Assembly (NCBI RefSeq): GCF_027921745.1
Contig: NC_079239.1
Span: 3,038,001 to 3,102,000 of the forward strand
Source: Schizosaccharomyces osmophilus
Lineage: Eukaryota
Direction of reading: 5' to 3'
DNA: 64,000 bases
Part shown: positions 47,773-58,702 of the stretch, piece after piece
How the letters are laid out: each line of letters begins with the position of its first letter
How positions within the stretch are numbered: the first letter of the stretch is position 1
Program-made: the position numbers and the translations under genes
Notes under the pieces: generated by a model
What the model was told of the DNA's origin: nothing
What the model saw: the letters and a program-made list of their open reading frames with translations, nothing else
Database searches by the model: none

Positions 47773-48896
47773 GTCTATGTCAATCGCGTATTTGTTGTAG
47801 GCAACTAACAATGTACCATTAGACAGCAATTTGAAGTCATTTAACTCTGCGTAAGCGAAAGTATAAGGTGGTGCGGCATTGCTCTTAAATAAACAAATCA
47901 AGGATAAACAAACGAATTTAACCTTTGTTTATATATAAAAAAAAAAAAAAAAAAAAGAGGAAAGCATTCATTTCTACACACCTCAACGGAGACCTTTTTC
48001 AAGGAAGATACTGGCTCAAGGTTTTATACGAAGTATATGAGGAAAGATGCATCTTTTCTAGCGTGATAGTTGTTTTTTTTAAATATGAAGAGAATCATAA
48101 GGCCGCTTTTCTTTTATAGTGTCTTTTTTATTTTGTTTATTTTGTAATTGAATCCTCGCATCTTAAAATAGCTAAAACTATTCTATGAATCTATTCTCAA
48201 GTATCACTTGTAACCTTGAAAATAGCAAGTTACTTTTTTTGTACCAAACCACCTTAGAAGGAAGGATGAATCGTCTTTTAAAACTTGTTTTCCTTCTAAG
48301 ATTTCAATAGTTTTAGTATTCAACTGCATTGTTTTGATTTTTTTGGGAGTTTGTTTCCCCTCAACAATTGTGATATTGGAGTGATGGGACATTGCTTATT
48401 AACAGCGAATGTAAAATGCAATTTGATGAATATAAAGAATCTTTTGAATCAGTGTTACCCTAAATTAAAGTCATGGTATACATACTGTAATTATTATATG
48501 CGGCATGTGTAGTTGAATAAGCAACCAAGAAATCGTTAGAGATGACAGAGGTTCCGTTACAGCTTTTTAAAAGAGAGCTTCTCAGACTTCAAAACCCAAT
48601 CTTGTCAATTAGATAGTGCTTTTTTTTTTCATGTTTTGTTTAAAAAAATCGAAATTGGAGGCTTTTTTGTTTACTAACATTGTTCCGTCAACATTCACTA
48701 AATATTTTGACGCACCCATTATAACGCGCAAAAGGTATATTCGGTTTTGGAAAGAGATGTAGCGCGTCTTTCGTAAAGAGCAAAAGAAATAGAACATAGA
48801 TTTTACCTTCTACTTACCCTTGCTTTCTTTACCGGCATAAAGAGGTGATTTCACCGGGAAAACAAGTTTATTTTCTTTAATTTAGGTACTACTACA

Positions 48897-51317
48897 ATGG
48901 ACGCAAGCGTGGAAGAGTTAGATAAAAAGTTTATGAGCATTGGGCTAAATGAAACTCGTGTCAAAGATACGTTGAAAAACAAAAAGTTGAGTTCTGCTTT
49001 GAACAGAGTCATTGACGAGGCTAAGTTGGACGGGTCGGGATGTGATCGATCTGTCGGCAACTTGTTAATGACTTTAGCAAATGAATCTTTGAAACAAAAG
49101 GACACAAAATTGCAGAAACACGAACCATATATTTGCTCCAAAATAGTCAAGGGAGATATAAAGAGCACCCTCCAAGTGAATGCTGCTATTGCTTATTGTA
49201 AAAGTACAGACTCCGTCAATGATGAAGAATTTGACAAGGAATCAGGCGTCGGCGTCACCTGTACACCAGAACAGATTACTGAATTGGTTGGTCAGTACCT
49301 GAAAGAAAATGAAGCAAAGATTATTGAACAAAGATATTCCTCTTTCAATGCTACTTCATCTGCCTTGCGCCAGCATCCTATTCTGAAATGGGCATCTCAG
49401 TTGGATGTAAAGCAAACACTTGACAAAAAGTATTTGGAGCTTTTGGGTCCAAAAGACGAAAGAGACGCTCCAGTTGGTAAGAAGGGTAAGGGAAACAAAG
49501 GAAAGGCAGACACGAAAGATCAGAAGAAAGGCACAACAGGCTCTAGCAAGAGCAATTACAATATGTTTGAAGAAGGCTTTCTTGCAAAGTTGCACAAGCC
49601 TGGTGGAAATCCACAGCTAATTCCTGAGCGCATGAAGGAACACTTACAAGCAACTGGTGGTGGTGTTGTCACTCGATTCCCCCCTGAACCAAATGGGTAT
49701 CTCCATATCGGCCATTCCAAAGCCATTGCTGTCAATTTTGGCTTTGCTCGCTATCACAAAGGTATTTGCTATTTGCGTTTCGATGACACCAACCCTGAGG
49801 CCGAAGAAGCAAAATACTTTGAAAGTATTAAGGACATTATTTCCTGGCTTGGATTTTCTCCTTACAAGATCACTTATTCCAGTGATTATTTCGATCAACT
49901 CTATGAGCTCGCTGAATTGCTAATTAAGAAGGGCAAGGGTTATATTTGTCACTGCACCGACACTGAAATCAAAAAGGCGAGAGGTGGTGAAGAGCGTGGC
50001 CCTAGATATGCTTGCGTTCACCGTGACCGTCCCATTGAGGAGTCCCTGGCAGAATTCCGTAATATGAGAGATGGAAAATACAGACCTAAGGAAGCAATTT
50101 TGCGAATGAAACAAAATTTGGATGATGGCAATCCTCAAATGTGGGATCTCATTGCCTACCGTGTTCTCGACACTCCTCATCCTCGTACCGGTGATAAATG
50201 GAAAATTTATCCTACCTACGACTTCACTCATTGTTTGGTTGATTCTTTTGAAAACATTACTCACTCTCTCTGTACTACTGAGTTCATTCTTTCTAGAGTT
50301 AGTTACGAGTGGCTTTGTAACACTCTCGAGGTATATTGCCCAGCTCAAAGAGAATACGGTCGTTTAAATGTTGTGGGAACGCTTATGAGTAAAAGAAAAA
50401 TTATGAAACTTGTTAATGAAGGTTATGTTCACGGTTGGGACGATCCTCGTTTGTATACCCTCGTTGCTCTTCGTCGTCGTGGTGTTCCCCCAGGTGCTAT
50501 TCTTGAATTTGTTAGCGAGGTTGGTGTGACAACCGCTATTAGTAACATTGAGGTTGCTCGCATTGAAAATTGTGTTCGTTCTTTCCTTGAAAACAGCGTT
50601 CCACGTCTTATGTTTCTCCCTGATCCCGTCAAGGTTACCCTTGAGAACCTCGCTGACGATTACAGAGAGGAGATCCAAATGCCCTTTAACCCCAAAAATA
50701 CTTCCATGGGTTCCCGTACTCAGTATTTAACGAAGACCGTTTATATTGATCGTTCGGACTTCCGTGAAGAGGCCTCCAGTGACTTTTTCCGTTTGACTTT
50801 GAATCAACCTGTCGGTCTCTTCCGAGCATCCTGCCCTGTAGTAGCAAAGAAGATTGTTAAAGACGACAAGGGAAATGTGGTAGAAATTATTGCCGAATAC
50901 GATCAAAGCCTCTCTAACAAACCGAAAACCTTTGTTCAATGGGTTTCTGAAGATGCTGCAAGCAATAGTCCTGTTCGCTTGGCGGAAACTCGTCTTTATA
51001 ATAATTTGTTTAAGTGTGATAATCCCGCCGTTTTGAAGGATCAGGATCTAGCCGACCAATTGAACCCTGAGAGTGAAATTGTTTTGAAGAATTCCATGGT
51101 TGAGACTGGAATTTATGATCTGATTAAATCTGCTCCTTGGCCAAAGACTGATTCATCTGCTGGCGTAGACAAGGCTGGAAGTCCAGAAAGTGTCCGTTTC
51201 CAAGCTATGCGTGTTGGCTACTTCTGTTTAGACAAGACCAGCATCAGTCCTGACAAGCTTGTTTTGAATCGCATCGTTTCGTTGAGAGGAGAGGAGTCTG
51301 CTAAAAATAAGGATTAA
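48897..51317 (+). CDS. qrs1: Glutaminyl-tRNA synthetase
   Basis: TRFPPEPNGYLHIGH, LRFDDTNP, MSKRK and the eukaryotic N-terminal appended domain. Confidence 0.96.
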   Translation: MDASVEELDKKFMSIGLNETRVKDTLKNKKLSSALNRVIDEAKLDGSGCDRSVGNLLMTLANESLKQKDTKLQKHEPYICSKIVKGDIKSTLQVNAAIAYCKSTDSVNDEEFDKESGVGVTCTPEQITELVGQYLKENEAKIIEQRYSSFNATSSALRQHPILKWASQLDVKQTLDKKYLELLGPKDERDAPVGKKGKGNKGKADTKDQKKGTTGSSKSNYNMFEEGFLAKLHKPGGNPQLIPERMKEHLQATGGGVVTRFPPEPNGYLHIGHSKAIAVNFGFARYHKGICYLRFDDTNPEAEEAKYFESIKDIISWLGFSPYKITYSSDYFDQLYELAELLIKKGKGYICHCTDTEIKKARGGEERGPRYACVHRDRPIEESLAEFRNMRDGKYRPKEAILRMKQNLDDGNPQMWDLIAYRVLDTPHPRTGDKWKIYPTYDFTHCLVDSFENITHSLCTTEFILSRVSYEWLCNTLEVYCPAQREYGRLNVVGTLMSKRKIMKLVNEGYVHGWDDPRLYTLVALRRRGVPPGAILEFVSEVGVTTAISNIEVARIENCVRSFLENSVPRLMFLPDPVKVTLENLADDYREEIQMPFNPKNTSMGSRTQYLTKTVYIDRSDFREEASSDFFRLTLNQPVGLFRASCPVVAKKIVKDDKGNVVEIIAEYDQSLSNKPKTFVQWVSEDAASNSPVRLAETRLYNNLFKCDNPAVLKDQDLADQLNPESEIVLKNSMVETGIYDLIKSAPWPKTDSSAGVDKAGSPESVRFQAMRVGYFCLDKTSISPDKLVLNRIVSLRGEESAKNKD

Positions 51318-51517
51318 AGTTGCCAATGTGAGAAGAAAAAATACTAAAGGAAGGCGTATGAGGTGCCAAATTTTGGATTTCTTAATGACACCTTGTTATA
51401 AAATAAAACCGACTAAATAGCCCTAACAACATAGATTTTATTATAACCAATTAAGTTTTTTTATTTGTTTGGAATACGGTTGGGTGTGTCTATTTTAGGT
51501 TTTAGGGTTTCGAGCAT

Positions 51518-51528
51518 TGTTTGTTTAC
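51518..51528 (-). promoter_or_regulatory. FLEX element (GTAAACAAACA) upstream of gas4
   Basis: Exact extended FLEX sequence ~130 bp upstream of the ATG, just before a TATA (TATATAAA, ~51550). Consistent with a Mei4-type sporulation gene. Confidence 0.65.
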
Positions 51529-51654
51529 AGTTGACCATAATTTTGTAAATATATAAAGGACATGCGCCATGAAAGCATTTAGCATTAACGCATACTTACT
51601 CAGTCACTTAACTGTATTCTACATACTTATCAAGGCGAAAGCAGTATTTTTACC

Positions 51655-53028
51655 ATGATTTTCGGTCGCCGTTTATTATATACTCTTCTACTTTTAGGAT
51701 CTGGAGCCATTGGGTCTCTTGCTAAGACCAATCCTATTATTATTAAGGGAAATGCATTCTTTGACTCGGAGACCGGTGAGAGATTCTATCTTCGTGGTGT
51801 AGACTATCAACCTGGTGGTTCTTCTTCATTAGTTGACCCGTTGGCTACTGATTCTTGCTATAAGGATGTCGAGATCTTTAAGAAAATGGGGGTGAACACC
51901 ATCAGAGTTTATCAAGTGGACAATGCCGCTGATCATGATAATTGTATGAAGGCTTTCGAAGAAGCTGGGATTTATGTCATTCTTGATCTTAACACTTTTC
52001 GCCATTCGATTTCAAGAGCCGATCCAGCATTATCGTATAACAAAGTTTATTTGCAACATATCTTTTCTACTGTGGATGCTTTCAAAGACTATGATAATGT
52101 GCTTGGCTTTTTCTCTGGTAACGAAGTCGTAAACGACCATGAAACGACGGCCATTACTTGGGTCAAAGCTACGACAAGAGATGTTAAGGCTTACATTAAA
52201 AAACATGCTAGTAGACAAATTCCAGTCGGTTACTCTGCAGCAGACATAGCCGAAAATAGACTCGAGTTGGCTCATTACTTCAACTGTGGAGATGAAAGTG
52301 AACGTGCAGATTTTTATGCATTTAACATGTATGAATGGTGTGGTCACTCTAGTATGAGCGTTTCTGGGTATTTCGATCGGATTAGAGAGTTTAGCAGTTA
52401 TTCCATTCCTCTGTTTTTATCCGAATTTGGTTGCAACACTGTCGAGATTTTCGAAGATCAAACCCCAGACCGTCCATTTACGGAAATTGAAGCCATCTAT
52501 TCCCCTCTAATGACTGAATCATTTTCTGGAGGATTGGTGTATGAGTATTCAGCTGAGCCAAACAACTATGGTCTTGTTATTGTTGATGATAATGAAAATC
52601 GTAAGATATCTAAGAACTGTGTAACATTGATGAAGCAGTTCCAAAAGGTACCAAATCCAAAGGGAGATGGAGGTTTCCGAGAGAATGCCAGTCCTAGCGA
52701 GTGCCCTAGAAACTCGACCTATTTCCAAGCATGGGATGTTCTGCCTACCATGCCCAAAGAAGCAAAAGTTTACTTGGAAGAGGGCGCTGGAGAACCGTTG
52801 GGTATTGACGGACCTACAAATATGTGGTCTCCTTATCATCACCAGGATGGAAATGGATTCACTACCCCTAAGCATCCTAAGGTCAAACCAGGTCTATCAA
52901 ATGCTACAAACAGTTCAAAGGCGAACCTTGGCGAGGAGAAAGAAGAGGAAAGTGCATCCTCAAAAGTTACCTTTACACTTGTTCAGCTTGGTTTGGTGTT
53001 ACTGGTTTCAATGTTTATTAAATTCTAA
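51655..53028 (+). CDS. gas4: GH72 1,3-beta-glucanosyltransferase (no X8 domain), GPI-anchored
   Basis: Signal peptide, GVDYQPGG, GNEV, SEFGCN, SGGLVYEY and a hydrophobic GPI signal at the C-terminus. Paralogue identity rests on recalled synteny and the FLEX site. Confidence 0.85.
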   Translation: MIFGRRLLYTLLLLGSGAIGSLAKTNPIIIKGNAFFDSETGERFYLRGVDYQPGGSSSLVDPLATDSCYKDVEIFKKMGVNTIRVYQVDNAADHDNCMKAFEEAGIYVILDLNTFRHSISRADPALSYNKVYLQHIFSTVDAFKDYDNVLGFFSGNEVVNDHETTAITWVKATTRDVKAYIKKHASRQIPVGYSAADIAENRLELAHYFNCGDESERADFYAFNMYEWCGHSSMSVSGYFDRIREFSSYSIPLFLSEFGCNTVEIFEDQTPDRPFTEIEAIYSPLMTESFSGGLVYEYSAEPNNYGLVIVDDNENRKISKNCVTLMKQFQKVPNPKGDGGFRENASPSECPRNSTYFQAWDVLPTMPKEAKVYLEEGAGEPLGIDGPTNMWSPYHHQDGNGFTTPKHPKVKPGLSNATNSSKANLGEEKEEESASSKVTFTLVQLGLVLLVSMFIKF

Positions 53029-54213
53029 ACTATAAGAATCATTCATCAGGCATTGATACAAAAGTACAAATCTGAAAGAGAACCAAGCGCCTTTGGTTAC
53101 TTACATATCTAATGGCAAAAGATATACTTGATGGATCCACACTATGATAGTTTAATTCTATGCGAGTGAATCTGGAACATAGAAAAGAATAAAGTACGAA
53201 TTGTGAATCTCATACAGTGAATAATGACTGTCTATGTGGAAATGAGCATGAAATGGAAAGAGTATTAAGAGACAGCCTTTAAAGGTAAATAAGAGTAATA
53301 TAAAAAGTCTCATGGTTTTCTTGTAGTATATTACATTCAATACGTATACAAATTTGACAATAGAAGCAAGGATTGCTCTAAGCAAGTGATTAAAGTCAAA
53401 GACAAAGACTGATTTTCTGTAAAGTAGATAGAGAAACAAAGGTTCTTACAAACTTGTAGTTCGAATGCATAGAGGCATTCTACAAAAGCTTTTTTTTTTT
53501 TTATGTTTATTAGAAAAAAAGAACTTAACCTCAACTTCTACGTATTTTTCCTAATTATTGATCAGGATGTAAACAAATATTTCCATAGTGGTTTGTTACT
53601 TTAAAAAGTGACATAAGCTATGTTGTATATAAAGCGAAATAGAAAAATCAAGATCAATTTGCTCATTTGAGCCTTCAAAGTAAAGATTTCAAATGAAAAC
53701 ACTTCTTCATGGATAAAATTGTACTTGCCCCAGTTGAGTCCCTGAAGACACCGTTTGTTGATTCTTCCAAGGGCCGAAAAAGTATCCCTCTAACAAATAC
53801 TATAATGGCAGAGCTAAAAGCTAGTGAAGACAGTCACTTTTGAACAAATGTTGAGGAAAAAAGAAAAGGATTCACTAATGGGCTACGACCAGAGAGTCTC
53901 ATAATACCTAGTCAAGCAGTGCATACCAATCTTTGTCAACAGAACAAAGCCAGCAGGAGTTTCAAAAATCATGTGTTTAGAAGTAATTAAAAAGAAGAAA
54001 ATAAGTTATAGAATAAACCAAACGCCAGCCAAGTTGTATTTCTATTTCCATCTTCCAACTACTGTAAACAAATGGTTTAATGCATCGTAACGAAAACGTT
54101 AGCCCGGTTAAGACATATTAGTGAAACTATCTCATTTGATGTACTGAAAGCTTCCTATAGAAAATCAAGGATTCTGTCTTTCACATAATTGCAGCTTGCT
54201 ACAGTTATTCAGC

Positions 54214-55187
54214 ATGTCATTGATAACTTTTAAAGCTGGAAAGCTTCGTAGGGTTCCAGGAACCAAAATACTGCGAGCGGATCCTGCGAAAGGGTAAGAA
54301 CAGGCAAATGGATGAGAGAACATGCAACTAATGAAGCGTAGATTTATCTCAATGAGCAGAGACGCAGACGGTTTGACACATTTTCAATGGGGAAAGAGAG
54401 ACGAAATGGATGCACCAGAAGATGTATGTAAAGAGAGTTGGCGCGGCCAGAAAAGAACAACAAATGCTAACGGAGGATATAGGATATAGTTGTGTTTCCG
54501 TCAGAATGCAACTTCGAAAGAGTTGAAGAATGCCAGAATGGAAGAGGCTTTGCACTAAAATATCCGTCTTCCACACTGTCCTTGTTCTACTGGATGCAAG
54601 ACGTAGACGCTTCGAATGACCACACCAATGCTTCCCGGATAAATTCGCTGATTCATGGTCAAGACTTTCAAGAATCGGCACAGTCGGATGTAGCTACAGT
54701 TTCGGATGCGATGGATATGGATACAGCCGGACAAAACGAAAATGCTAATCAAGAACAGCTTCCTGCTTCAGGTCCTCAAGATGCGCACATGGATGAAGCT
54801 TCCGCTTCGGAAACAGTTCGAAATTTATTAAACAATATCTCTTCTCAACGTTCTCTTAGTACAGTGGACTTGGCCGATGTGTTGAAGCCCTCTAATGTCA
54901 GAGAACTAGTACATCAGGAAGGAGTTGTTGATCAGTTGATGCCGTTTCTTCCTCCTGACACACCCGCCACTCCGGAAGCTGTAATGGAGGTTTTAAATAG
55001 CCCCCAGTATGCTCAGGCAGTTAGATCGCTGAGTCAAACTTTAAACTCTCCCAATGGTTTGGAGGTGATTTCTGCTCTTGGTTTATCGCCTGACGAATCC
55101 TCTTCCCCCAACGAGGTTGGTGCTTTACAATTCCTGAAGGCTATTGCTCGCCAAGTCAAGGAAAACAAAGATCGTGAACAGCAATAA
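54214..55187 (+). CDS. rpn1301: Proteasome ubiquitin receptor Rpn13 (Pru + DEUBAD), 3 exons
   Basis: Exons 54214-54293, 54342-54423 and 54483-55187. MSLITFKAGKL...DPAKG...HFQW...FYWMQD Pru domain; SPQYAQA in the C-terminal domain. Confidence 0.9.
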
Positions 55188-55466
55188 AACTGTTCCTAGG
55201 AAAGATGATCATACCTATTGAATACCAAAATACCAGTTTCCTTTGGATAAAATTGATATGATTAACATAAATTGCTACAAGCGGTCTTTTGATGCGAATT
55301 ATTCGTGCTATGTATAAAGAAACGAATCTATATGAGTTGAACAAAAGAGAAAATGAAAAAGTTGAGTAAGTAAATAAGATCAATTGTAAAGGAAATAATC
55401 ATTCTACATTCAGTCATATATTCAAATAGAATACTGGGTTTGCCAGCTAGCTAGTTATAAAAAAAA

Positions 55467-55539
55467 CGGTCAGAGTGGGGCTCGAACCCACGACCTCATG
55501 ATTAACAGTCATGCGCACTACCAACTGTGCTATCCGACC
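55467..55539 (-). tRNA. tRNA-Asn (GTT)
   Basis: GGTCGGATAGCACAGTTGGTAGTGCGCATGACT-GTT-AATCATGAGGTCGTGGGTTCGAGCCCCACTCTGACCG forms a cloverleaf with A/B boxes. A T8 terminator follows immediately, and there is a TATA-like element ~30 nt upstream. Confidence 0.96.
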
Positions 55540-56137
55540 TTGAATTGACAGACACTCAAATTAGTGTAATATATTTATTGACAAAAAATACTTATGTAAA
55601 AAGGTACCTCAAAGAACAAAACAGTTTGTAAACTGCATACTAACCTTTCTTATTGTCATTCTTTTTCTTTCCTCCTAAGAAGGATCTAATTGGGCATGTA
55701 TACATAAGCCTGATGTTTCCTCCTTCCTCGAGTCCAACTACTTGCTATCGATTTTCCTTAGCAACGTTTTCACACATGCTTTAAAAAACAAGAAACGAGC
55801 ACCCTTCTTTAAACATATGTGTAGCAAAAAGATAAATATAGACTTCTGAAATTCGTTTTTCGGTTGAAAGTTTGTTTTTTTTAAGCTCTGTTGATTTTTG
55901 TTTCAATTAACTCGTTCAAGTCAGTTGGTTCCAGCTTTTACTTATGGGTTTCAAGTGACACGAAATAAAAAAAAAAAAAAAAAATTACTAATTAATTGTG
56001 TTATTTGTTCTCCATTCTCGTCTGATCTCCTCTCTGTCTTTGCAAGGTTTATTTTTTTTGGGAAAAGGTGGAATTTAAAGGCTTTTTTTTTTTTTGTTTT
56101 ATAGCCATCGGTATCGATTGATGAGCAAAAATTTTTT

Positions 56138-58540
56138 ATGCAAAAAAGTATAAATTCAGAGTTTGCTGAGCACAAATCGTCGAGTCAGCAAGCATACCCT
56201 CTACGTTCGGTAGCCCATTCTCCAGTGCGATTCTCTTCTTCTAGTATTGATCTGAACCAGAATAAGCGGTCCCAAAATAGTTTGGAAGGTAAACCTGAGC
56301 GAATAAGGAATTCATTTGAAAATGTCGAGACACCCGCCAACGAAAATGATGGTCTTAGTTTGACACAGTTATTCGAGGTTCCTACGCAAGCTGTTGAACC
56401 AGAAGAAAAAGCATCGGAAGGTTCTGATTCTTCTCATGATGAGATTATTATTCAAAATCCATCCAGTGGATCCCATAAAGCCTCGACACCGAATCGAGCT
56501 GAGCGTGTGTTGGAACAGCTTTACAACCAGCAAGGAGTCCTTAGCCAACAAAACAAGATTGTTTCTCCTCAAAGCTTTCCTAATTCACCGGAAATGCTCT
56601 CTCCTCCTGGATCAGCCTTTCCTGGATCTATGACTTCCACTCTAAAAGATACTCCTGCACCTCATTCTTCGAATGAACAGGCTACAGGAAATATGGTTGA
56701 GGATGTCCTTGTTCCTGACACCGTCACCCAAGAACGAAGATACTTTGATTACCCTGTTGGATCATTTGAAAGCGAGGCTGATGCAGCTCAAATAGAGTCA
56801 ACACCTACACGGCATCCTGCCAAAATACAACAGCTCCCTCTGATTACTGGCATAGAATCAACGCCTCCCACGAAGCTCATAGCTACCGAAAGTGATCATA
56901 AATCCATTGGAGAAACTAAATCAAGAGTAAGACATACAAAGAACATCATCTCCGATACTCCTGTTTCAAGTCGCATTTTAATAGACGAAGATTCCCTAAG
57001 TACAGGAAAAAGGAAGATTAATTATAACGCTGATAATGAATTACCCGATCAGTCGCCTCCTAAGACTGAATTTAATGTTCCAAAGAAACGCTCCAGAAGA
57101 TTTGATAATGTATCTTCCAATTCAGATTCCAAAACAAATGATAGCAGAAGGAACAAAGAGACCGCTAATTCACCTGAGCTGGAGATGGAACCAAACTCCA
57201 AAAATGGCAAGTCCAATACAGACAAACCAAAATGTCTTCTCCCTAACTTGAAAGAACGTTCCAATCAATTTTTTAAAGTTGAAAATCGTGTATTGGCTTT
57301 CTTCAAGGGTTATCCTGCTTTTTATTATCCTGCAACGGTTCTTTCTCAAACAACGTCATCAGCTTCTGGAATTCCTCAATTTAAGATACAGTTTGATGAT
57401 TCTACTACCAGCACTGTTAATGTAAACCAACTAAAACGTTTCGAACTGAAGGAAGGTGACATTGTTCGGTCCACTGCTTTGAAATTGAACCATATTGTTT
57501 TACGGACCTACAATTCATCAAGTGAAAATATATCCAATACTTTAACAGATGTTTTTGGAAATGATACGGTGCTATTGAGGATAGAAAAAAAAGATGAAGT
57601 TGCTGTACCGATGTCAACAATATACCTAATACCTTCGCAAATCAGGAAATTTAAAGATCGTGATTTTCAACAGGTCCCTGAACTAAAGCCGGATACAGAT
57701 ACTAACTCTTTACCTTCTTCAATTTCCAGAAAACGCCTTTCGGGTTCATATAATGTCAATGATGACGTTGAAAAAGCAAATCAGTCATCTACGCAAAGTA
57801 CGAACGCTTCAATTTTTCAAACTTGCGTTTTTGTGTTTACTGGACTGAATACGGTTCATGACAATGAACGTTCCCTTTTGATAAATTTGGTAAAAAATAA
57901 CGGTGGTGCTGTGCTTGATGAGGGTTTTAGCACTTTGTGCTGTAATTATTACAATGGAAAAGGGAAAATACTTTTTCCTTTGAAACCACATAAAAGGTCA
58001 CAGTCATGGAAGTATGCTTTCGTAATTTCAGACACCCATTCTAGGAAAGTTAAATATTTAGAGGCTTTAGCCTTGAACCTTCCATGTGTACATCCAAGAT
58101 TTATAACAATCTGTTTGGAGAAACAGAAGATTGTTGACCATTCGCCCTTTTTACTGGCGGCCGGATACTCTAGACGCCTGAATACTATTTTATCGCAGCG
58201 AGTACGGTCTTTCCCGGGGTTTACTTTGTATGACCAGTTGCAGGACAATTCTGGTCCGTTATCTGACAAAAGAATATTATTTTTATTACCAAACATAAAC
58301 TTTTCTCGAAACGGACTTGCTAGTGATGAGTACTCTCAGAGGGTATTAGCTCATATGTTTCAAGCGCTTGCTCTAGGAGCCGAAGTTGAATATAAAAATT
58401 CACTTACGAAATTAAATTCCCACTGGGATGTTATAGTGTCTGACACTGAAAATGAAGATTTGGATATGAAAGTTCCCATCGTTGATTTTGAATGGATTAT
58501 AGAATGCGTCATAAGCTATTCTGATGCACTAGATTTATAA
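56138..58540 (+). CDS. crb2: DNA damage checkpoint mediator (53BP1/Rad9 family; tandem Tudor + BRCT)
   Basis: Disordered S/TQ- and S/TP-rich N-terminus (LTQLFE, VPDT, IESTP), Tudor RVLAFFKGYPAFYYPAT...QFDD, and BRCT (FVFTG, SRKVKYLEALA, FEWIIECV). Confidence 0.92.
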   Translation: MQKSINSEFAEHKSSSQQAYPLRSVAHSPVRFSSSSIDLNQNKRSQNSLEGKPERIRNSFENVETPANENDGLSLTQLFEVPTQAVEPEEKASEGSDSSHDEIIIQNPSSGSHKASTPNRAERVLEQLYNQQGVLSQQNKIVSPQSFPNSPEMLSPPGSAFPGSMTSTLKDTPAPHSSNEQATGNMVEDVLVPDTVTQERRYFDYPVGSFESEADAAQIESTPTRHPAKIQQLPLITGIESTPPTKLIATESDHKSIGETKSRVRHTKNIISDTPVSSRILIDEDSLSTGKRKINYNADNELPDQSPPKTEFNVPKKRSRRFDNVSSNSDSKTNDSRRNKETANSPELEMEPNSKNGKSNTDKPKCLLPNLKERSNQFFKVENRVLAFFKGYPAFYYPATVLSQTTSSASGIPQFKIQFDDSTTSTVNVNQLKRFELKEGDIVRSTALKLNHIVLRTYNSSSENISNTLTDVFGNDTVLLRIEKKDEVAVPMSTIYLIPSQIRKFKDRDFQQVPELKPDTDTNSLPSSISRKRLSGSYNVNDDVEKANQSSTQSTNASIFQTCVFVFTGLNTVHDNERSLLINLVKNNGGAVLDEGFSTLCCNYYNGKGKILFPLKPHKRSQSWKYAFVISDTHSRKVKYLEALALNLPCVHPRFITICLEKQKIVDHSPFLLAAGYSRRLNTILSQRVRSFPGFTLYDQLQDNSGPLSDKRILFLLPNINFSRNGLASDEYSQRVLAHMFQALALGAEVEYKNSLTKLNSHWDVIVSDTENEDLDMKVPIVDFEWIIECVISYSDALDL

Positions 58541-58702
58541 TTGTATGATTGTGTATTTGTACATACGCTTATGTGTTTGGATAACTGTCTTTGGTTTTGG
58601 TCCATATGTTTCTTAGTTTGTTATATTGTTTTGCTTTCTTTTCCGTTAATATATGCCACGACTGTCTCAATATTCGCCTTAATTCGTTTACATATATAGA
58701 AA

